This document shows positions 26,130-32,000 of a stretch of 32,000 nucleotides of DNA, in pieces. The notes below the pieces were generated by a model. It saw only the letters and a list, made by a program, of their open reading frames with translations. It was not told where the DNA came from and searched no databases. The position numbers were made by a program, and so were the translations under genes. How positions within the stretch are numbered: the stretch's first letter is position 1; every line of letters starts with the position of its first letter. The stretch comes from Demequinaceae bacterium (lineage in GTDB: Bacteria > Actinomycetota > Actinomycetes > Actinomycetales > Demequinaceae). Location: assembly GCA_965250005.1 (NCBI GenBank), contig OZ252279.1:1560001-1592000 (forward strand), given 5' to 3'.

Positions 26130-26404
26130 CTGTTCGCCTTTGCAGCTGCCTCAGCGGATGTCGGTCCGTCGAGCTTGGACTGAAAGTGCGCCTTGTCGTG
26201 GTCGTGGCCGTTCGGGCCGTGGGAATGCTCGCCGTGCGAGTGGCCCTCGCCGTGGCTGTGCCCGTGGCCGCCCTCGCCGTGCCCACCGCAACCGCATGCG
26301 CCGCCACAGCCGCAGCCGCCGGTGGCCTTGCCGATGTCCATCAGGTTCGGACGTTTGCCCGCTGCTGCCTCGTTCATGGCTGCTCCATTCGCTCGCGCGG
26401 CCAT
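26126..26404 (-). CDS. Small Cys/Gly/His-rich putative metal-binding protein
   Basis: ATGGCGCGGACGCGGHGEGGHGHSHGEGHSHGEHSHGPNGHDHDKAHFQ. 4-nt overlap with the rhodanese start codon suggests translational coupling. Start could be the internal ATG (MNEAAAGK). Confidence 0.7.
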   Translation of the reverse strand: MAARANGAAMNEAAAGKRPNLMDIGKATGGCGCGGACGCGGHGEGGHGHSHGEGHSHGEHSHGPNGHDHDKAHFQSKLDGPTSAEAAAKANS

Positions 26405-26485
26405 CCGCCGCGACTGGTGTAAGTCTATGGGAGCGGTCGCGAGCTAATCACGGTGGCCTGTGCGCGCCGGGCCGCCGGGCCTGAG

Positions 26486-28558
26486 TCAGCGGGCGGCTGC
26501 CGCTGCGTCAACAAGGGGCTCGAGCGCGCGGTGACTAGCCATCACGACGAGTCCGACGACCGCCACGACAACGAGTCCGATACCGGCGATGATGCCAATC
26601 GCTGTCAGCGAGTCCACAAAGCTTGCGGATGACAAGTCGAGGCCGTCGTTTTCCCATCGCCGGAGCGGATCCACTGCGGCGACCCCCACGCTCGCCACAG
26701 CTCCGAACCCAACGCCAACCAGTTGCGGGACGACCTGTTTGATGAACGCGCTATAGCGTCGGCTACGGTCGTTCAACCCAAGTGCGCGCTGTGTGGCGTC
26801 CTCGAGCGCGGAGATTCGCGCACTGTTGGCGCCGATAGCAACCGCCACCAGCTGCGCGACGCCCAAGGTTATGATCGTCAGCGTCACGACCCAAGGCACG
26901 TCCATGCGGACCGCATACACGAACTCGCCGAAATCCCAATCGATTGTGGGTTCGACGACTACGGCCCAGAATGTTGGCCGCGCGAAGTTGGTCGCACCGA
27001 AGATTGCTGCCGTGATTACCGCTCCCGCAGAGATGAAAGCTGGCGTCGCGAATTGGCGCGGCCGTGCCTCGATGGCGGCGCCTGCCGAAATCGCGGCCGG
27101 AACTCTCATACGGCTTAGTGCCCTGCCCAACGCGGCGGTTGCGACGCGTGTCGCCTCGAGCAGGAGGAAGTACGCAGGAACGGCCGTGATAGCCGCTCCG
27201 AAGGTTCTAACGTCCGAATCCTGGGCTCCCCAGGCCGACCCAGACGCGAACACCGCGGAGCCGAGCGCAAGCGGGATCGTCAGCCACCATACAGATACTC
27301 GGCGTGAGACTTCCGATTCGGAGATGTCGTTCACGGGCTTGAGCGCCGCGACGGGACCTTCGCGACCCGACCAAAAGGCGGGCACCGCGGCAATGACGAT
27401 TGCCACGCTGATCACGCCCACCACGATTAGGCTCCACAAGGCGGCGGAGGTCCCGATTCCATATGGAGCAATACCACCGGGAGTGGTCGCGTTGCTAATC
27501 GCGACCGTCGCGACGTTGCCGAGTGCCGCGAGCGCGACGCCGCCAACTAAAGCGATGCCCGCGAGAATGAGCGCTTCAAGGCCAGCGAGGGACCGCATGG
27601 TGGAGGCGCTCGCACCCAACGTCCGTGCGGTCGCTACCCACTGGAGGCGCCGCTGCGCCTGCGCCCGCCCCATGGCAAATGCCATGAGGATCACAGCAGC
27701 CAGCATGGCGATGGCAACCATCAATGCGACCCGGGAGGTATGGGAACCGGCTGCTTCGCTGTGCGGGAGGATGCCGTTGTCAACCAGCAATCCGTCGAGC
27801 TCGGGGTTGCCGCCTTCCCAAGAGATGTGAACGAATGCTGTCTGTAGGCCACCTTGTGTGGTCTCCGATTGCGACCAGCGCAAGGTGAAGACGGAAGTCT
27901 CCCCGAACGAGTCCTCCCACGAGAGGACGGCCTGCGGCGCTAGTCCCCATTTGGGCCACGAAGTGACGGTCGCAAGTTCGCCGACGATCGTGACCATCAA
28001 CTCGGTCCCCGGGTTGGCCGTGGTCGTTGCGTGACGGATGTTGTAATCGTCATCAAGGTGTGTTGCCGGCGCCACGAGCGTGATGGTGTCGCCCACCTTC
28101 ACTCCAAGCTCCGCCATCACCGCGCCGTTGAGGTACGTCGTGCCGGGAGTGGGTGCTTCAGAAACGCCGAAGACGTCGAGCCTGTGGTCTCCGCGCGTTG
28201 CAACCACCACCAGTTGCTCTTCCGTTGATGCGATCAGTGGCACTGCGAATCTGGTCGCGACGACCCGGGGGTCGTTGGCGAGCGCCGCGGAGACGAGGAC
28301 GTTGACCTCCTCTCCACTGAGCTGCGTCCCTTCGTAACTGGCAATGGGATCGGCGCTTGGGAGACGCACGTCGATGAACCCGTTTCGCGCGTGTACGAAT
28401 CCCGCGAGCAGGTTGGACTGCTCCAGTGACTTCAGTCCGGTGTTGTGCTGGAATGCCGCCAGCGAAGACGCAGCGACGAACAGCGCGAGCATCGCCGCGG
28501 CCCAACCGACGTAGCGACGGTTGTGCCGGGCGTGCTGCGCCGCGAGTTGCCAAATCAT
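26486..28558 (-). CDS. ABC transporter permease, FtsX-like
   Basis: MIWQLAAQHARHNRRYVGWAAAMLALFVAASSLAAF... and FAMGRAQAQRRLQWVATARTLGASASTMRSLAGLEALILAG...VPAFWSGREGPVAALKPV. The track ORF is extended upstream in the antisense-open frame, so start 28558 is preferred. Confidence 0.85.
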   Translation of the reverse strand: MIWQLAAQHARHNRRYVGWAAAMLALFVAASSLAAFQHNTGLKSLEQSNLLAGFVHARNGFIDVRLPSADPIASYEGTQLSGEEVNVLVSAALANDPRVVATRFAVPLIASTEEQLVVVATRGDHRLDVFGVSEAPTPGTTYLNGAVMAELGVKVGDTITLVAPATHLDDDYNIRHATTTANPGTELMVTIVGELATVTSWPKWGLAPQAVLSWEDSFGETSVFTLRWSQSETTQGGLQTAFVHISWEGGNPELDGLLVDNGILPHSEAAGSHTSRVALMVAIAMLAAVILMAFAMGRAQAQRRLQWVATARTLGASASTMRSLAGLEALILAGIALVGGVALAALGNVATVAISNATTPGGIAPYGIGTSAALWSLIVVGVISVAIVIAAVPAFWSGREGPVAALKPVNDISESEVSRRVSVWWLTIPLALGSAVFASGSAWGAQDSDVRTFGAAITAVPAYFLLLEATRVATAALGRALSRMRVPAAISAGAAIEARPRQFATPAFISAGAVITAAIFGATNFARPTFWAVVVEPTIDWDFGEFVYAVRMDVPWVVTLTIITLGVAQLVAVAIGANSARISALEDATQRALGLNDRSRRYSAFIKQVVPQLVGVGFGAVASVGVAAVDPLRRWENDGLDLSSASFVDSLTAIGIIAGIGLVVVAVVGLVVMASHRALEPLVDAAAAAR

Positions 28559-30645
28559 GCGGACACCTTCTGTGCTGCCTCGACGGGTAACGACAGAGAC
28601 GCTCGCCGCGTTGCGAGGAACGCTACGCAGGCCGCTATCGCGAGGGCGTACGCCGCAATAAGCAGCGTTCCAAGCAGCCCTGCGAGGGCACCAGCCGCGA
28701 CGCCAATCAAGCGAGTACGGCCCTGCGAATCCCATCCCACGATTCCGCCCGCAGTGACCAGCACGGTTCCCACTGCGGAGCCGAGGACCGCGCCGACGGC
28801 CTGCGGTACCCACAGTTGAATCCACGATGCGAATTGGTCCTGGCGCTGCGAAAGACCCATTGCCCGAGCCGCTGCGACTTCGCGCCCGGTGGCCGCGCGC
28901 TGGCCGGCGAAGATGGCCATTGCCACCACTTGCATCGCGAGGAACGCGACTAACGCCGCTGGAATCGCAGAGCCCCCGATGATCGATGACCACCAAAGAG
29001 AGATGTCGTCACTCACGTCCGCGCGCACAAACTGAAGGTGAGTCCACAGGTATTCTGACGCCCTGCCCGTCGCTTGCGACGTGGCTTTGGCGCTGGCGAG
29101 GGCCGCTGCCAGCGCCCAGAGCATCGCGAGCGCGACCCCTTGTCGGGGCCGGGCAATCATGCCCCCGCCTGCCGAAAGCAAACCGGGCCGCCGCGACCTC
29201 GACATTCGGCGCCCCAGGGCTGGAATAGCCCGTCGCAATCGTTCGAGCATCAGCGCGACGGTGGCGGCGAGCATCGCAAGCCCTCCGCCAAGAATGAGTT
29301 GATTTGACATCCCCCAGGAGAACCGGCCGCCGATGAGGATGAGGAACGCTCCGCTTGCGAGCACCCACCACATCGACTTCACCGGCACTCGGCTTGGCAG
29401 GTCGCCCTCGGTCGCATCGCGCACAGGCTTGAGGGCGGCGGCGGGCGAGACCCGTGATGCCCAATAGGCAGGGACGCCAGCGACAATGACCGATACGATC
29501 GCCGCGGCAGAGACGAGGATCGCGGCCGACCACCACGGGAACGTAACGAGTGCGGGTCCCGCGGGGTACGGCACCGACGCGCGCGCAATTGCGAGCTGCA
29601 CGGCGGCCACCCCGACGCCGAGCCCCGTGCCAGCAAGCAGCGCCGCCGCCGCAACGAGCCCCCCTTCGATAAGCGTTGCGCTCGCGATCTGTCCTCGCGT
29701 TGCGCCTAGTAATCGTGCGGTCGCGACCCACTTGGTGCGAGCGGCGGCTTGGCTGCGGCCGAAAGCGAATCCCATGATGATCATTGCCGCGAACAATGCG
29801 GCGCCCGCTCCCACCCACAGGGCCGCCGAGTTGGGCAGGGAGAACGGCGACCGGGACATCTCATAGGGACCCCAGGCATTGAGTGGGGCGAGGGCAGAGT
29901 GCTCCGCATTCCATGACACGCGAGCCTCGAGCTCGCCCGACGGACCGTTGGACGCGGGATTCCACACGTAGTGCAAAGCGAGGCCGTTGGGCGTCGTGGC
30001 TTCCGACCAATGGAGCAGCATGGTGGTGCCGTACACATCGAATGGCGCCAAAGTAGATGCGCGAGTGAGCCCGACTGCGGTCACGGTCTTCGATTGAGGG
30101 GACTGACCCTCGTCTCCGTAGACCTGGTTCGCTAGAACTGCGACTTCGGATCCGACGCTGAGCCCCAGACTCTCGGCAACGTCAGCCGCGAGCACCACTT
30201 CTCCCGCCCGCGCTGGAGCCCGGCCTGCGGCGAGGACATCGTCCCACGGAAAGCTGCCGTACACGGCTAGCGCGTCGACCGATTCGAACCTCTCCCACCC
30301 GGGTTGGCTCGGGTCGCCCTGGATGCCGATCGTTCTGTACGCGACTGCGACGGCTTCGGCACCGTCAGCGTTTGCCGCGTCGACGAGCACCCGGAGGTCG
30401 CGGATTTCCATAGAGTGCTCGGTTCGCTGTAGCGAGACAGGTACTTGCGCGTCCGCAATGAGCCACGCGGAGTAGGCTCTGTCGTTTGCCTCGGCGCGAT
30501 CGAGATCCAGTCTGATGGAGGCGCGCGTCGCCCCCACAGTGAGAACGAATGCGAGCAAAGCGAGAAGCAGCGTCATCGTGAACGCGGTCCACCGCGTGAA
30601 TACAGAGTTTGCGCGCAGTTGTTCCAGAGCGAGGGTCCAGGTCAT
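28555..30645 (-). CDS. ABC transporter permease, FtsX-like (paralogue of the adjacent gene)
   Basis: MTWTLALEQLRANSVFTRWTAFTMTLLLALLAFVL... and FGRSQAAARTKWVATARLLGATRGQIASATLIEGGLVAAAALLAG...VPAYWASRVSPAAALKPV. Confidence 0.87.
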   Translation of the reverse strand: MTWTLALEQLRANSVFTRWTAFTMTLLLALLAFVLTVGATRASIRLDLDRAEANDRAYSAWLIADAQVPVSLQRTEHSMEIRDLRVLVDAANADGAEAVAVAYRTIGIQGDPSQPGWERFESVDALAVYGSFPWDDVLAAGRAPARAGEVVLAADVAESLGLSVGSEVAVLANQVYGDEGQSPQSKTVTAVGLTRASTLAPFDVYGTTMLLHWSEATTPNGLALHYVWNPASNGPSGELEARVSWNAEHSALAPLNAWGPYEMSRSPFSLPNSAALWVGAGAALFAAMIIMGFAFGRSQAAARTKWVATARLLGATRGQIASATLIEGGLVAAAALLAGTGLGVGVAAVQLAIARASVPYPAGPALVTFPWWSAAILVSAAAIVSVIVAGVPAYWASRVSPAAALKPVRDATEGDLPSRVPVKSMWWVLASGAFLILIGGRFSWGMSNQLILGGGLAMLAATVALMLERLRRAIPALGRRMSRSRRPGLLSAGGGMIARPRQGVALAMLWALAAALASAKATSQATGRASEYLWTHLQFVRADVSDDISLWWSSIIGGSAIPAALVAFLAMQVVAMAIFAGQRAATGREVAAARAMGLSQRQDQFASWIQLWVPQAVGAVLGSAVGTVLVTAGGIVGWDSQGRTRLIGVAAGALAGLLGTLLIAAYALAIAACVAFLATRRASLSLPVEAAQKVSA

Positions 30646-30727
30646 CGCATTCCCCCAGGGCGGGTTGGCATCAGGTTCTGGAGGGCCGTCTTCGAGATTC
30701 CGCCCGCCGTCAAATGTGCGAGCCGCC

Positions 30728-31504
30728 TCATCGCTCGACCCCCGCTAGCGCGTCGAGCCCGGCAAGCACCGACGCAGGCGTTGGGTTGTCTATGTGCCCG
30801 GCTATGCGCCCGTCGGCCAGCAGCAAGACGTTCCCTGCGTACGACGCCGCGGTGGGGTCGTGCGTCACCATAACAACCGATTGTCCAAGCTCCCTGCATG
30901 CCTGCCGCAAGTGCGACAGAATCTCGGCGCTGGCGTGGGTGTCTAGGTTCCCTGTGGGTTCGTCGGCAAACACGACGTGCGGGCGTGTGATGAGTGCCCT
31001 TGCGATCGCGACGCGTTGCTGCTGGCCGCCGGACATTTCGTAGGGCTTGCGGGAGAGCTCCTTGCCGATGCCGAGCAGCGCGACAAGCTCGTCCAGCCAG
31101 GCCTCGTCCGCGTCTAGTCCGTTGAGCCTGCGTGGCAGCACGATGTTGTCGTGGGCAGACATGGTCTGGAGAAGGTTGAAGCCCTGGAATACGAAGCCGA
31201 TTGCGGTGCCATGTACCTTCGCTGCCTCCTTGTCCTTGAGCGCACTCAGGTGCGCGTCGCGGATCCACACGTCGCCCGAGTCGGCGTTGTCGAGCCCCGC
31301 AAGCAGGTGAACGAGCGTCGTCTTGCCGGACCCTGACGGGCCCATGACCGCGGTGAGTGTCCCCACGGTGACGTCGATGTCGACGTGATCCACTGCGGTG
31401 ACCGCGGCATCGCCGGATCCGTAGGTTTTGGTCAGACCGCGGGCCTTGACTGCGGGGTTCTTGGGCGACTTCTTCGCCTTTGGGTTGGATTTCTTTCTTT
31501 CCAT
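30728..31504 (-). CDS. ABC transporter ATP-binding protein (LolD/MacB-like export subfamily)
   Basis: GPSGSGKTTLVHLLAGLD, LNADEAW, YEMSGGQQQRVAIARALITRPHVVFADEPTGNLD. Highly basic N-terminal extension (MERKKSNPKAKKSPKNPAVK). Confidence 0.93.
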   Translation of the reverse strand: MERKKSNPKAKKSPKNPAVKARGLTKTYGSGDAAVTAVDHVDIDVTVGTLTAVMGPSGSGKTTLVHLLAGLDNADSGDVWIRDAHLSALKDKEAAKVHGTAIGFVFQGFNLLQTMSAHDNIVLPRRLNGLDADEAWLDELVALLGIGKELSRKPYEMSGGQQQRVAIARALITRPHVVFADEPTGNLDTHASAEILSHLRQACRELGQSVVMVTHDPTAASYAGNVLLLADGRIAGHIDNPTPASVLAGLDALAGVER

Positions 31505-31609
31505 ACCGCCGACGCTATGGCGAGTAGTGCGCCGAGCGCATCGGACCGTGGCATGGAGATGGGCGATACCTGGGTATGACCAGCTCTGCGCGGGCGCGGG
31601 CGCTGACGG

Positions 31610-32000
31610 CTACGCGCTTGGGCGGACCAGCCCGGTCTCGTAGGCAATGACCACAATTTGCGCACGGTCGCGTGCGCCCAGCTTGGCGAGAATCTTGCCG
31701 ATGTGAGTCTTCACGGTGGGCTCGGCGAGGAACAGCTCCCCGCAGATTTCCGCGTTGGACAGCCCGCGCGCGATCAGGGTCAGCACCTCGCGCTCGCGGT
31801 CGGTGAGGTCCTCAAGGCTCGCGCCGTCGACCGGGCTCGGTAGGGTGCGAGAGAGCGTGTCGAGCAGGCGGCGTGTGGCCGACGGTGCGATCACCGCGTC
31901 CCCGGCGTGCACGGCGCGGACCGCCGCGAGCAGGTCCTCGGGCAGAGCGTCCTTGAGCAGGAATCCGCTCGCGCCCGCGCGGATGGCTGCCACCACGTAC
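31610..32000 (-). CDS. LuxR/NarL-type response regulator (partial, N-terminus beyond window end)
   Basis: LLKDALPEDLLAAVRAVHAGDAVIAPSATRRLLD...LTDREREVLTLIARGLSNAEICGELFLAEPTVKTHIGKILAKLGARDRAQIVVIAYETGLV. Confidence 0.93.
   Translation of the reverse strand, partial: YVVAAIRAGASGFLLKDALPEDLLAAVRAVHAGDAVIAPSATRRLLDTLSRTLPSPVDGASLEDLTDREREVLTLIARGLSNAEICGELFLAEPTVKTHIGKILAKLGARDRAQIVVIAYETGLVRPSA

Noticed and set aside
28559-28996. 5' extension of the 26486..28996 ORF
   Set aside because: It lies entirely within the neighbouring permease gene in another frame. The FtsX-like N-terminus (MIWQLAAQHARHNRR) begins at 28558 with an ATGA-type overlap.
30642-31268. 208-aa minus-strand ORF overlapping the ABC ATPase
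   Set aside because: Shadow frame of the ATPase. The 30728..31504 frame carries Walker A, signature and Walker B motifs.

Overview
This 32 kb window is a high-GC actinobacterial chromosomal segment, mostly housekeeping genes plus some less ordinary accessory genes. Left to right it contains: a partial response regulator (-); two small septum-formation-like/secreted proteins; xthA (-); an SDR oxidoreductase; pyrE; three divergent paralogues of one membrane-associated family clustered around a lemA gene; a DedA-family gene (-); a hypothetical protein; a TrmH/SpoU-like RNA methyltransferase; fba; purA; purD; purC; a DUF429-like gene; purS; purQ; an LLM-class flavin oxidoreductase (-); a GNAT acetyltransferase fused to a P-loop kinase-like domain; a collagen-like repeat protein; a MerR-copZ-copA copper module; a nuclease-like ORF with a disrupted 5' end; metZ, a secreted protein, a rhodanese and a Cys/His-rich mini-protein (-); and a response regulator with an ABC transporter and two FtsX-like permeases (-). 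I found no CRISPR array, rRNA, confident tRNA, transposase or phage gene, and I cannot support a clear new defence system. The most useful non-annotated signals are: (1) a TANNNT -10 box placed 6-7 nt upstream of the start codon for 15 genes, which implies leaderless transcription and re-places some starts; (2) overlapping divergent leaderless promoters between xthA and the SDR gene; (3) the paralogue family around lemA; (4) the GNAT-kinase fusion; (5) a 24-bp perfect palindrome in an unexplained intergenic region; (6) an ORF near 23.1 kb whose conserved-looking N-terminus is separated from its ATG by an in-frame stop. Family names come from recalled motifs, since no database search was run.
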